Shown here piece after piece: positions 25,245 through 38,616 of a DNA stretch of 64,000 nucleotides. Position numbers and translations under genes: made by a program. Origin of the DNA: Podarcis pityusensis. Taxonomy: Eukaryota. Where the stretch lies: NCBI GenBank assembly GCA_964106645.2, contig OZ067040.1; one strand, 5' to 3'. Numbering within the stretch: position 1 is the first letter of the stretch; each line of letters begins with the position of its first letter. The notes under the pieces are model-generated. The model was given only the letters and a program-made list of their open reading frames with translations. It was not told the DNA's origin and ran no database searches.

Positions 25245-26158
25245 AGCCGCCGCCTCTTTTACCACTCCAGATTACATCCTGTGGAGCTCTGTGTTCAAAG
25301 CATATGTAATACCTCCTTTGAATTTTAGAGACTTAAACCTTTATCCAACTGGGGTATCTCTTCCAAATCACACACAGGCTTTACCTGTGCATTGAAAACC
25401 CACGCAGGGCAATTTGCAGTGATAGGCAGAGAAAGGGTTCTCCTTTTTTTATTAAAAAGCCTAAATTAGAGATTCCTCCAATGCCTTCTCACTCTGGAAA
25501 CAACAGCAAGTGTTGCTGGGGGAAATAATCCTGTTTTATCTATCAAATTTCACTCAGGATATTGCATAGCTGAATTCAGAATCCTTATAACTGTGGGGAA
25601 CTTCAAACAAAGAAGCTTATTTGTCTCTGTGTGATAACTTACACGACCTCACGGAGAACCTTGAGTGTTACCTAGCCATTTCATCATGCAGATCTTCAGT
25701 CACCAGCAGTTTGGCGGGGGAAAGCAGCCTTGGTCATAGAAATATAAGCAAGCCTTTTGCATGGTTTCTCCAGCCATATGTATCACCATTAAAAAAAAAA
25801 AATAGTGTATTTTCTTTGTGGGAACTTGCTCTTTGAGTTGATAATGGAAACGGTCATTTTCATTAACTGAGCAATTATAACAGCATTCTCATACATACTT
25901 CCTCTTTGGTTTAGTTTTTTTCAGTCTCTGAGTTTAGCCTCAGTCACCTTTGCCCGTTAGGCCATTCTAAACAGTTTTCTCTTTGAATCTGTTTACATCT
26001 TGAAGTCTGCTTTGAATTTACAATTGAATCTGTGCAGACTGTGCCTTCGTCTGCACAGATTAAAATAATAATGAGAAGAAGCTTTACCTACAACATTTTA
26101 AGGCGTACTTTTCTGACGGCTAAATCCCTTCCAACTCTTTTCTCTCTCTTCTAAACAG

Positions 26159-26247
26159 ATTTCTTTTAGTAGTACCGAATGCCAGAAATCATCTCAAGGA
26201 AGTAATCTTCATTATCTTAAAAAGAAGGGTGAACTAATTTATGCAAG
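26159..26247 (+). other. Candidate 89-nt spliced exon of an unidentified host transcript
   Basis: Branch-like ctgac (26113), long polypyrimidine tract, ctaaacAG acceptor, AAG|GTATGT donor; one open frame ISFSSTECQKSSQGSNLHYLKKKGELIYA. Protein not recognised. Confidence 0.4.
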
Positions 26248-27954
26248 GTATGTTTTCTTTTAAATTATCTTGAAGAAGAACTTACCGGAGGAGCTCGATT
26301 TTTTGATTTTTTTTTGACATGCAAACAAGCATTATTTACTGTGGGTTGCTGGGAAAATATTGGTATGATTGTGGTAGAAAAAGTACCAATGTCTCATTAC
26401 ATGATGGTGGTGGTGTGACATCATTTCTGGGCATGTGTCAGGGACTGACAGAGCTCTGACGAGAATGTGGGAGAGGCAATAGGTCAGGGGGCTGACCCAA
26501 GAGAATTGATACCAAATCCTGTGAGGTAGGAGTCAAGGCAGGGGATAAGAGGAATGGTCAGAGCCACCAGAGACGGGGTTGGGTGTGTAGGATACATCGG
26601 AGAAAGAGGCTGTTCAGGTGAGGGACAGGCCAGTTGAATCCCCATCATCCCCTGCTCCTCTATCTCCTAGCACCAGGAGGGGTTTGAAGAGGGAAAAACA
26701 GTGACGACTTCTCTGACACTCATTGGACTATCTTAACCGATATCCTTGGCCTATTTAATGATGTATTCTTTAACTGATTCTGAGACATATTTCATGAATA
26801 GTGTAGAGATCTTTGAGGGTATATGTCTGCCATTCTTTGTAATTAATTTCTCAAACTCTGCTAAACCTCCTGTTTTCTGGTGCCCACTAAGATACTCTCA
26901 TAAAAGTGATCTACTCTGGAAATATTCAAACAAAGGTAGATTTCCCCCTCAAAATATGTTAACACGATGTTCTCTCCTAGACATTTAGACCCCTAGACTA
27001 GACCCCATTTATTCTTCTTTTAAACTCAAAACACGTTCTGTCCTAGACATATTTACCCAGGACTAAGTCCCATTGAATTCTTCTGACGAAATGTATATGA
27101 CATGGTTAGATTCAAATTGTTGCTGGTAACAGGAATAAAGTCGCAGTCCACATGCTATGGACTTATGTTTAGGCTCGGGCCGCATGTCCCCTAAAAATGA
27201 AAGAAGCCAGGGGCATACCTAGGGGTTGGCCAAGGGCACAGGCACAGGGGACCACAAAAATCATGAAGAAAGAGGGAGAGAGCCTGTGATTGCCAAGAGC
27301 AGAAGGGGCGCAGATACAGCTCTTGGCCAAGGGTGCAAGGGAGCCTAGGTATGCCTCTGAAAGAAGCACAGCATAACTAGGTTGTAGTTTTATCCTTGAA
27401 CTCTGAAATAATGAGTTAATACAGTGAGTGGCTAAAACTTTGCTGGGATTACATGTAGAATCCTTGACTGACTCTCAAACACCTGGGGGGAAAGAAAGCA
27501 GCTGTAAAGTAGCTAAAGTTATTGAACGATCGAACTGATAGCTGAGGCTTGACTGTGGGAGCAGACCATAAAAAGAGAAGCTGAGAGGATGGGAGGACCT
27601 TTCACTCTTTTCCAGGAGCTGCAGGCAGCTGGGAAGGCACCTCATACTGCTTTGAATTAAGAGAGACCTCAAAATGTCAGGGGCTGTTTCTACTTTATTA
27701 ATTTCCCGAGATTAAAACAGGAGTTTATTTTTCTTCCATCTTAAGAAAACTGTCGCCCTGTTTCCCTTTAGGGTGGTAGTCCTGTCAGAATGAGCCTCAT
27801 TAAACAGTTCAAGGAGGGGGAAAGACCTCGAAGCTTTAAATAAACTAGGAACATAAGCTCATCGGCTTCCCCTAGCAATTTTCTTCTCTCTTTAGCAGCA
27901 CAATTATATGCACGCCTACTCTGATGTAATACTCACTAGGAATTCATGTGGGAT

Positions 27955-28260
27955 TAGGTGGGGAGGGGGCAGAAATTCAATTCAGTTCACATTTAAAAGA
28001 AAACCTGTCCAATCTGCACTTTCTTTCCAAAACAAGATCCAAGGGATTCCTATACAGCGGGTTGATGTTGCCAGCCTTCATGTCCCATTTGCGCATAAAA
28101 ATGCAAATGTAAGTGAAAATAACATACAAAATTTCACTAAATTAGGGGAAATTGCTTTGAAAAAATGTGTGTTGGGGAAAATCCCATACAGAAATATGCA
28201 TATTAAGTTTTTGATTTGGAAATGTGGAGAACTGATCTTAAGATTGGAAAGCTGAGGGAA
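27955..28260. mobile_element. Old non-autonomous DNA-transposon-like repeat (family of 61885-62282)
   Basis: aattcaattcagttcacattt, gtgaaaataacatacaaaa, gaaatgtggagaactg shared with other copies. Confidence 0.55.
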
Positions 28261-28317
28261 ACAGATTTGGCTCCCCACTCCTGAGTAAATCTGTTTAGAA
28301 TTGCAGCCTTCGTTAAC

Positions 28318-28455
28318 TAGGGTCGCCATATTTTGAAGAGTCAAAAAGAGGACCCACTTGCCGACTTCTACTTTTAACTATGGATCGCTATGACGACTCT
28401 CGCTTTACATACCCATGAAAATGTGGCTGTGTCCTGGAAAAAGTAGGTAACCCTA
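28318..28455. mobile_element. hAT-like MITE
   Basis: Imperfect TIR tagggtcgcc / ggtaacccta with sub-terminal aaaaagaggac / gtcctggaaaaa; TSD not recognisable. Confidence 0.55.
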
Positions 28456-31400
28456 CTTTTTTTTCATTGTTCAGTCTTTCTGTCAGTTTTATCTGGGGTG
28501 TAGTCACTAGCACATCACATAGAAGAGAAGAGAAGTGTCAGCCAGAAAAAGAGGATGAAAAAAACTGGCACAGATTTGCATATAATTCACAGGTTATATA
28601 TATATATATATTCAAATTCATATAGAAGTGCAATATATGTCACCACAGTGTGGAAGCTTGTGATCAGGTGATCTGTGTGTCTGCTCAGTCAGCTGTCCAT
28701 GTATGAATTACGTAGGAGCAACTTCAAGATTTCTGCTCCCCATCCTATGGTTTCTGTCTTTAAACCAGACTTGAGCCAGGCAGCCATTCAAATGCAGGAC
28801 CCCTTTCAATACAGAACTATTCTATGAAAGCCCTTCAAAAGACAGGTGAATGTTCCTGCTCACTTTTACCAAACCAGACTTCACTAGCAACAAAGTAGTC
28901 ATACCCAGCTCCAGACCATTGATGGTTTCATCCTTTATCAGCTTTCCAAATGCAAACAGACTGAATTAGTCCTTCTATATGTGCCCTCCCCAGCTATATA
29001 ATGGGCTGAACCTCTTAGTATAGGGCAACCACCACAAACCATATTAGTGTCAACTGATCATCTCCAGAGTACATTGTAGACTGGCATGTCCAGTGCTCCA
29101 AAGGTGGTCTTCTCTACATATTACATTCATCCTCGAAGGGGGAGAATCCTCACAGGACCAGCCTTCAATTGAATGTTTGTAATGAAGTAATGGCAAATAG
29201 ATAGGACACAAGAAGGCATTTGTAATCTCTAATTATTGTTAGCATCCAGTCTCAGGTTTTGAGAAACTTTCATAAAAAAGAAGGGTGAAGAAAGGATTCT
29301 GTAAGCATGCAGAAAGCAACAGGAATGAACCACTAGCTAGGACCAAGAAACAAAAGCATCACAGACATAGATGAGGTTAAGAATAGCTGTGTTACATCAT
29401 TTTTTATACAATGCAGTAGTAGGAAATGGGAGGAAATGAGGCCTTGGGAGAGAGATAAATCACAGCCAGATTTGGTAGGAAATTCCTAGACAAGTACCTT
29501 CTTAGAAAAAGTCTAGGAGAAGTCAGAGTTGTGTTCTGGTTTCAGTTTAAATTTAGGTGAAGAAAGAATAGAAGATAAAATGACAAAAGACATACTGTTC
29601 AGTGTGAATACAGCATAAACACAGGCAGGTATTAAGGAACTTAAAATGAAGCAAAAAGATTGCCTCTTAGGTTTTTAAAGTGAAACACAGATACTCGTGT
29701 TTCTATCACACTATGGAAGCCATGGCAATGGAAGAGGCACCAACCATTCAAACTCTGTAGACTTTGCCTTAGAAAATGTTAGATGCTTACTTTAATTGCA
29801 GAATGAAATTGTGTAAAACAAGAGGGATTATGTGGCTAATTCTGAAATCCATACTATGGGCAACACCTGTATTAGACCATCCAAGTTGTGACAAAACAGT
29901 GAGCAGCTTTCAAGCTCTCCAGAACTTTTCATCTGGCACATGAAAATTTGTAGTCCAACTATCTCTGGAGGGCACCAGCTTGGTGAAGGCTGGAATAGAT
30001 GTAAAACGAAGAGGGGGAAGCAGGAAAAGAGCCGTCTGATCTTGAAGCCCATGGGAGTAATTCAGTCTATTGCTAACTAAGTGTCTCTGTCAGCACAAGA
30101 ATTTCTGCTTGCCTTATGGAAAATTTTCCCCTCTCGTCTCCTTCAGGAGGTTCTTCCAGCCAGTTTAGGGGGACATGAGAAGAGGAGAGCAGGGAAAGCC
30201 CTGTTGTGCAATCAGACATCCATGTGCAGGCTTCCATTAGGAGGATCAGTTAGTTGAATCTGGCCCATGGAATCTGCACTAAATCATAGTCTAAAACTGG
30301 AACGTGGAAGAAGCAAGCAGATGACTGGATTAGGTACCAGATTTAGGCTGCCATTCTAATCCCACCTACCTGGGAGTAAGGACCATTAAATCCAATTGGA
30401 CTTACTTCTAAGCAGACATGGGGTGTCTCCAGACTTTGAGGAAGAAATGCAAGTGCATACCAGGCAATTTAGTTTTGCACAATTAAAATGGCTTAAACCA
30501 CTCTGTTGCCATAGTACAATATATCCACTAAAAAAAAGAAACCAAAGCAAAACACGGACTCTTCACAGTTAAAAAATTGAAGGAGAAAAACACTGAACAA
30601 GTTATTAATGGGAATACATATAAACACCCCATAAGCAAGTCAGGTTGGATGTTCATTGTCATATAATTGCCCTACAAACAAATCAGAATGAAGCTGTAAT
30701 AAAAACCAGGCATAGTCCGAAGGTACTCGCATTACATAGGATTCCTGCTTAATGTGTGATGGCATGAAGATGTAGTTTGTGTCCCAAGGAGAGAAGCTAT
30801 TTATCTGAGGAAATAATTTGGAAGAATATAAGCAGTCAGAAACAGCTTATCTTGATAATGGCTGTATATCAAATAACATTAAAGGGTAATTCAGGTATTT
30901 GCCTGGCTTTACTTGCCAGTACTTGATCCTCAGATTCACATGTTTACAGTTTCTTCATCATTCTCTGTTTTCTCTGTTTCTCTGTGTGGGAGCCAAAACC
31001 AACAACAGAAATGAGTGATCTTACAGAGGACACAATAATTTTCTGTCAAATGTGAAGTACCTGGAAGGATTAGAAAAGGGAAAAGTGTATTTGTCACTAT
31101 CATTTTCATTTAAAATAATAAGAAAACCCTTTGGCAGTCTGTTACTTATAGAGCAATCTAAAAATAACATATATTGAAGCATCTTAGTTCCCTTGACAGC
31201 TAATTGCATAAACTATATAAGGTAAAACAAACTAAATACATATGTGTGTTTCTGCACATATATTTACTTAATGCAAAAACAAAATCATGGTTTGTATTCC
31301 AGATTTTAATTTATCAGGATAGTGAGAAGAGGAACCCATGAAGCCGAAATAAAGCTATCAATGGCTACTAGCCACAATGGTTGCATTTCCCACCCAAACT

Positions 31401-32679
31401 CAGAGGCGCTATGCCTCCTGCTATATATTTTTATTTCTTTTATTTCTTACCCACCCTTTGGCATAAGGTCCCAGTGTGGGTAACAACAACAGTCATAGCC
31501 ATAACAAAAAAAGAGAGTGGAAAATCAGTTCAAAACAGTTCAATATCTATCTCTCTATCTCACAATCTGTCAACTACTTGAAGTCTTCCCATATGTATCT
31601 GGTTGGCCACAGCACAGAGTAGGACCAGAGTGTGAGTGGGTGCTCTGGGGACAAGATGTGCAGCCTGGGGAGAGTTCCAAGGGCCAGATAGAAAGGACTG
31701 AAGGGCCGCATTTGCTCCCCAGACTTGAGGTTCCCCACCCATGAAGCACAGCGTCTCTGACAGATGGCAGTTCAGGCTGTGCTTCGGTACCTCCAGCATC
31801 CCACTGACTGCTGCTCCAAAGAGGGTGCTGGATGCTATCCCCGTCCTCTGCAGGGCTTGTCTTACGTTCTGACTGTTGACATGACATGAAATGCTCAGGT
31901 CAAGCAGGCAGAAAAAGCAAAAAGCAAATGGAAAGCAAATGAGTATCCATATTGTGTCTGCAGGAGGAATCCTCATCAACAAGGGGGACTGACAGTTTGA
32001 GAATGGTTTGATTGCCCCCAGAGCTTGTGCAATCCTTTGAGTATATTGAAAGATGAAGCAGTGAGAACAAAGCCTGATCTGCTTCGCTTCTGATAGGTCT
32101 AGAGGCTACCACCTCCCTCCCTGCTGAAAGGCATCCGTTGCACCAGCTGGAACCACACCCCACTTAGCCTGCCCAGAGATAAGGAGTGGTGCTAACCACA
32201 AGCCCATGGAACATGGAACAGGGTGTGTAGTTAGTTACTCCTGCAAGCCAGCTGTGATTTAGACATAGGCACCTGCTGCTGGGGATGGAGAGAATCCAAG
32301 TAGTAGCCGATATTCACCCTTCCCTTCAGGGCGATTCCCCTTGACCTAAAGACAGCAAATTCTTGGGATTAATGTTTCAGACTTTTTAGGCATGCGAGTC
32401 CCGATTGTAATCAGCAATATCTCTCTTTTCATCAAGCGGAGTATTAATTTCCTAAGAGTTTAACTTCCCAAGTGGCCTAGGTTGAGCACATTGTTAACAT
32501 TTTGTATTTCGGTATCAGTTTGCAATCAAAGCTCTGGGTTTTCTCCTCCATGCTTTAACTAACACCAGATTTGCACACTGTGCACCGCTAGCCACCCACT
32601 TAGAAAGAAAAGGAAACCCAAGACCAAACGGCACTGTTGCCGGGTGTTGACCATAAGCCACTAGTCACTGATGGAAAAC

Positions 32680-32838
32680 TAGGTCAAGTGGTGGAGCACC
32701 TGACTTGCATACAGAAGGTCCCTGGTTCAATGCCTGGCATATCCGGTTCAAAAGGGTCAGGTAGTAAGATGGTATGAGATGTACCTGAAATCCTGATGAG
32801 CCACACAGGCACTCAAAGTGGATAATGTTGGGCTAGAT
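32680..32838 (+). mobile_element. tRNA-derived SINE, 5' part (3' part resumes about 33866-33918)
   Basis: A-box-like caagtggtggagc, B-box ggttcaatgcc; an antisense relative lies at about 34775-34945. Confidence 0.55.
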
Positions 32839-32846
32839 CAGGAGTA

Positions 32847-33155
32847 AAGGTAAAGGGACCCCTGATCATTAGGTCCAGTTGTGACCGACTCTGGGGTTGC
32901 GGCGCTCATCTCGCTTTACTGGCCGAGAGAGCCGGCGTACAGCTTCTGGGTCATGTGGCCAGCATGACTAAGCCTTCCCACCAGAGCGGTGCCTATTTAT
33001 CTACTTGCACTTTGACGTGTTTTCGAACTGCTAGGTTGGCAGGAGCAGGGACGGAGCAACAGGCGCTCACCCCGTCATGGGGATTCGAACTGCCGACCTT
33101 CTGATCAGCAAGTCCTAGGCTCTGTGGTTTAACCCACAGTGCCATCCGCGTCCCC
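32847..33155 (-). mobile_element. Sauria SINE
   Basis: gggacgcgg head, B-box gttcgaatccc, (ACCTTT)n tail; TSD agatcaggagta (32835-32846) / agatcagaagta (33156-33167). Confidence 0.9.
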
Positions 33156-33159
33156 AGAT

Positions 33160-33866
33160 CAGAAGTAGGAAACCTTTTTCAGTCAGAGGACCATATTCCA
33201 TTTGGGGAAACTTTCCAGGAACCACATGGCAGTGGTGACACTAGTTTCTACACTCTTACACACACAAATGGACTAGGTGGACACAGAGGAATGGTGGGAG
33301 GAACCAGTTGAGAAACCACCAAGGGAAGAAGGCTCAGAGCCCAGGGAGTAGTGGTAGTGGGACAATGATGAGTGGTCAGAGGGAGAAGACTGGAAAGAGG
33401 AGGTGTCAGAAGCTTAGGAGGTGACAGGGCTTAGCGAGCAGGAAGAGGCTGTGGCAGAGGGAAGTCCAGAATCAGAATCAGAGGTGGGAGGGTGGGAGGA
33501 GGGAGGCCAAGAAGTAGAGATGAGTCTGGGTGATGAAGAGTCACAGGTGTCTCCTGCTCCTGCTGCAGCAAGCTCCCTGCCTCCCTGATACTCCTGTGCA
33601 GAACTTGTTAATAAAGAGTTAGTGTCAACTTGCACAGTGTGCTTTACTGCTGACTTGCTCCTGACAACACCTCTCTATGCTGCTGACCAGGCAAGCAAAG
33701 GGCATTCTCAGTGTTTAAGAATATATTTCAGCCTAGCAAAAGATGCAAAGCTGGTGAGTGATATTGCCTGGGGAGAAGGGGTATGGCCTTAGGAAAGTCC
33801 TGAAGGCCAGACAGAGAGACTTGGAGGGCTGCATTGGACCCCAGCCTTCAGGTTTCCAACCCCAGG
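33160..33866. mobile_element. hAT/Charlie-like non-autonomous element carrying an LTR-like insert (about 33268-33666)
   Basis: Ends cag(g/a)agtaggaaacct ... aggtttccaaccccag; the insert is purine-rich with aataaa and ends ...cctgaca. Confidence 0.5.
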
Positions 33867-35060
33867 CAGATGAATACATAGTGTGACATGCTATAGGAAC
33901 AAGTCATCTTCCTATGTTAACCTATGGTGGTGGGGTTAAGAGAATTGTAGCAATAAGGTGCCACTAATGAAAGCTTCTCCAGCATTTAATCCAAAAGGAA
34001 CTGAGTTCTGCATCTTCCTGAACAGAGAAGTGTGCCTGCTCGGTGCCAGATGGGTGGCTGCATCTGGCTAGAGCAGCGTTTAATTGTACAGACAGGCAGC
34101 TGAGACTGAATGTCCATGATTCACACTCAAGGCCTTCGAGTGAATCCAGAATTTAAACTCAATCACCCTGATTGCAAGACAGCCAAGTGGAATTTGGAAA
34201 TGCCTAGGCACTCTTCTTCATCGTAAAGGAAAAGGAAAAGGGGGAGGATTTGGTTTTGGCCAGAGTAGCAGTAATAACATTCCATGAACGTGCTTCATAC
34301 TTGCACCTCTGTTTGGGGATGCTCCTGAACATTATGAACCAAAATAAAGTGTGGCATGGCATATGTTAGCTCTCATTTCCCTCCTCTGAAATCACTACAA
34401 TTGATTCATTTTCACTTTGCATATTATGTTTTGTACATTCCATCTAATGAGGCGGGGGGAGGAAGGTAATCTAAACCACAATTAAAATCTGGGTGGCTCA
34501 TCGGCTCACTGTTCTTTCATCTATGTGCTCTGTGCACGGGGAAGGGGAAGATGTATCAGAACTTAAAACAATTAAAACTTCATTGCGCAAGAAGTACAGA
34601 GGCAATTGCAAATCAGTGCTTGCTTGCTGGCATCTGCGTAGCAACATGGTGAAGATGAAATCCCCCAGGAGGCAAAATACTAATGGATTTTGTATTATAC
34701 CTGGGTTCACCTAATCTCCCCTTCTTATGTAAGATGCACTTTTTCGAAAGTGGCTCTATGGCTAGTCCTGTAAGCATAGGAAACGGCTTTATATTGAGCT
34801 AATTATTAGCCCTGTGTTATCTCTGTCTGGCAGCCACTATCCATGGTCTCTGGCAGAGGCCCACCTACCTGAGATCCCTTTAACTGGAGATTACAGGGAC
34901 TGAATTTTCAACCTTCTGCATGAGAAGTATGGTCTGCCCTACCACTCAGTTAGGGTCACCTGTTCCCAGTCAGGATGGTGGCAAATGAAGACACAATTAA
35001 GCTGGGCACACACACAACATCCAGCACCTTATTTTTAGTTAAAGTGTGAAAGTTAAGGGC

Positions 35061-35062
<2 letters not shown>

Positions 35063-35114
<52 letters not shown>
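35063..35114. repeat. (CT)n microsatellite
   Basis: Pure dinucleotide run. Confidence 0.95.
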
Positions 35115-35117
<3 letters not shown>

Positions 35118-36123
35118 CCAAAACAGAATTTGCTGTCAAGGGAATTATTTCAATTTAAATTGTTTTGGGAACAATGCTACAATCATAGGTTTTGACAAGC
35201 TGCATTTCTGAAAATAGACGTGTTTAATTTACTCTAGAATTCCCCCCCCCCTGTGAGTTCTATTTCAATGGCCATTGACCACAAAAAAATAACTGACTAC
35301 ATAGGAATAGGAGAATGAGCATTCTAGCAATTAATAATCAATGGAGCCATTTCAAAGACCCACTAAAAGAAAATTGTTAATGAAAAGGACAGGTCCAATG
35401 TTGTGTTTGGCTTCAAACACTGCTGTGCTCTATTTACAGGGTTCAGAAAACAGGTCTGTGACCTAAATTATCCTATTGAATGCATCTGCTGTATATGTTC
35501 TGTTGCAAGGCAATCATAAAGACATTATGTTCTTTCCATTTCCTTCAAAATCACATTGTACTAAATAAGAACCCTAGATAGCTTTCTGTCTCTGGTGAGA
35601 AGCAGTAAGTCACCTTTTAAGCTGTCAAGCAGAAGTGTTTGAAAACAATAAAAGCAGGAAGGACACCACTGAGAAACAGTTACGATTCCAGTTCAGCCCT
35701 GCTCTCACCAAATACTTTTAAACATTGGAGTGCTAGGGAGATCAGATTTACTCAATATTTATCAAATAAATCATTTCACCAGACACAGAACACTGGAGTC
35801 TTATTCACCATCCAATTTTTGCTATAGAATTGTATGATATATTGTTGCCATTAAATTGGCATTGGATGAACTGTCTGTATGCTTTCCCAAGACTTCTGGA
35901 ACGGGGAAAAAGACCACCCCAATTTGTTCTAAATCATGCCTACATAAATCTATCTAAGAACAAGTGTGAGTACAGTTTGTACCAGTGCAAAGATACCCAA
36001 TGACACAACCTCACGGGACTTCCTATATCTTCCAAAGCCAAACACGTAGCTGTCAATTTAACACGATCCTGTTCATGTATGCTCATTAAAGAAGAGTGTG
36101 TGTATAGAATCACACCCCAAGTA

Positions 36124-36362
36124 CAGTGGTACCTTGGTTCTCGAATGTAATCCATTCTAGAAGCCCATTTGGCTTCCAAACGTTCAAAAACTGAGGCACG
36201 GCTTCCCATTGGTTGCAAGAGCTTCTTTCATTCAACAGAAGCCGCGCCGCATGTTCGGGTTCTGAAAAATGTTCGAAAATGGAAGCATTTACTCCCAGGT
36301 TTTTGGTGTTTGAGAACTGAAACATACAACAACGGAGGCACTCAGGAACCAAGGTACCACTG
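36124..36362. mobile_element. Tc1/mariner (Tigger/pogo-like) MITE, subfamily A
   Basis: TIR cagtggtaccttggttc / gaaccaaggtaccactg, TA on both sides. Confidence 0.9.
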
Positions 36363-36767
36363 TATCTCAGAACTGGGAAAAGTAGCTGTGTTTTGGTTCA
36401 GATATTGTTTCCGGAAGTGCTGACCAGTAGATCCAGAGTTGTGTGGCCCCAGAAGTGGATTCTGAAAATCCTTTCAATACACCTTAAGGGTGCAGCTCAG
36501 ATAGAGGGACTATGGCAGGGCAGGTGGGAGGGCTGTGTACGACAGGCCTTCTGACCAGGGCAAGGATGACTTGTCAAAGGCAGATTGCGTTTAGATTTCC
36601 CTTGTGCTGTTCTTTCCTGTTACTGAGATCTGTAACAATAAATGTGGATCTAATTCAATTGATATTTCTGTGCCTTGCCTCTTTCCCATTCCAGAAGGCG
36701 GAAAAAAAAGGAATCCCAGCTATCTGTGTTTTCATCCTCTGTCCTATCAGCACTAGTACAAATGTAG

Positions 36768-36775
<8 letters not shown>

Positions 36776-36802
<27 letters not shown>
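36776..36802. repeat. (CA)n microsatellite preceded by (GC)n
   Basis: gcgcgcgc(ac)n. Confidence 0.9.
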
Positions 36803-36805
<3 letters not shown>

Positions 36806-38616
36806 TCCTAATGGATTAGGTACAAAATGTTCCTTCAGAAAAGAATGAGAAGAAGCCAGAAACAGAGGAAGAATGTATGGAAAGTAGTCAAGGGGGGGAA
36901 AGAGAGGGAAATTTAATTTAAAAACCAAAGGTACCATGATAGAACAATATAAACTACTTGGCACTGAAGGATCTGGAACATACATGTATACTGTGGGGGT
37001 AAAAACAACAACACAATGGAGCATTTTTGGGATGCAAATCCAACAAAATTTGGGGAGGGGGGTTCTTGTTTTTGAGGGAAATATACTCAATTTCCCCCTT
37101 CTGTGAATTCTTCATAAGCTATTGAACTATCAGACAATAGTAGTAGGGACACTTTCAAATGACTCACAGATATACATTTCTGACCTATGAGTCAGCTATT
37201 TGTTACTGGAATAAGTACTGATTCTGTGCCTAGCTGGGTTTTAGGAAGCCACTTACAATTCATTAGAACAGATATCATTGCTCTGTTTATGGGTCATCAT
37301 GGTTTTTCACTTGGAAAAAAAATTATCCCCCAAGTGAAGACTCTGATTAGGTCAAGGAATTGGAGTAGAATCTGTTCCCTTGACTTCAGCTGATCCAGCC
37401 ACATTCTTGAGATTCAGCAACCTTTAATTGTTATTTTCAAAAAAGCATTTCGTACTTGTATTTCTCATGACTGGCTGCGTAACAAGTTTTTGTGCATTCT
37501 TTCCAATAGGTTATTATCAATCTCTGGGACCAGGCACATTCGTTCTCTCCACGGTTGAGTGAGCCTTGGTTGGAACATTGGCTAAAGGTTACAAAATCAC
37601 TGCTTTAGTATAACATCTTTGAGGAATTAAGGTCGCTTTCATGGATTTGTCAGCTGCCCTGGTTTTCTGCCTGTTTCTTTCATGTGACCAAACAAAGGTG
37701 TCTTCAGAAAGTTCTTGTTTTTAAGCGGTAACCACATGAAACAAACGTTTGGGACAAATTGTCCACTCAATTCATGTGTACAAAAGATGAAATTTCATTT
37801 CATTGCCCATGCGCTCCAGTCAGAATGGTGTGGGAGAAAGAAGATATAATAGCCTCCTTACACTGTAGTGTAGACTTAATATGCTTGTAGAAATGATTGT
37901 GGTGAATTCATTGGGGGGTTTTAAAGCAAAAAATGGAGTGCACCTTTAGAAGGTTCTACACAGTCTCATGAGCAGCACCAGGTGATTACAACCAGCCCTT
38001 TACTTTTATTGTTACTGGTCATGATGGCATATATATTACCTCCAGTGTTGAAGAGGGTATGCCAGTCGCTGAGAGTCACGAGTAGAAGATCCCAGGAGTG
38101 GCTCATCCAGTGGGACAGAGCTGCAGCAGGAGCCTTCCAGCAAGAGCATCTGGGAGAGGCAAAGTGGCAGTGAGGTTGGAGCTGTATGGGTGCTGCAGCT
38201 CTACCCACTAGGCAAGCTGTTCCTGTGTTGCCCTCATGTCCTGCTGGTGGTCTTCCTAAAACAGTGGTGGGAGTCTCAGGACTGGAGACCAAATCGAATC
38301 CCTCCCCACCTCAGGCCTTGCTATTTGACCCTTGGAACTCTCCCAAGGTCACATTTGCCTGTCTGGAATGTGTCCACTTGCTTGACTGGATGGAAAATAG
38401 AGAGGGGTGCATGAGTGTGCATAGCAACTACATTACTGTATAAAGATGTTTTTTTTTTTTTTTTTAAAAAAGTCCCATACAGTTTTGCTTCTGGTCCCAC
38501 CTGCCATTGTCATGTGGCCTCCAAAAGATTGCTCAGAAGCGGCAACCCAGTTAGATGGACAGCATATAAATAATAATAATAATAAATATAATAATAATAT
38601 TGTGGCAATCTGACTG

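Noticed and set aside
25245-25265. Start of the 351-aa ORF (MVKEAAAS)
   Set aside because: Non-ATG start derived from flank and TSD, outside the truncated L1.
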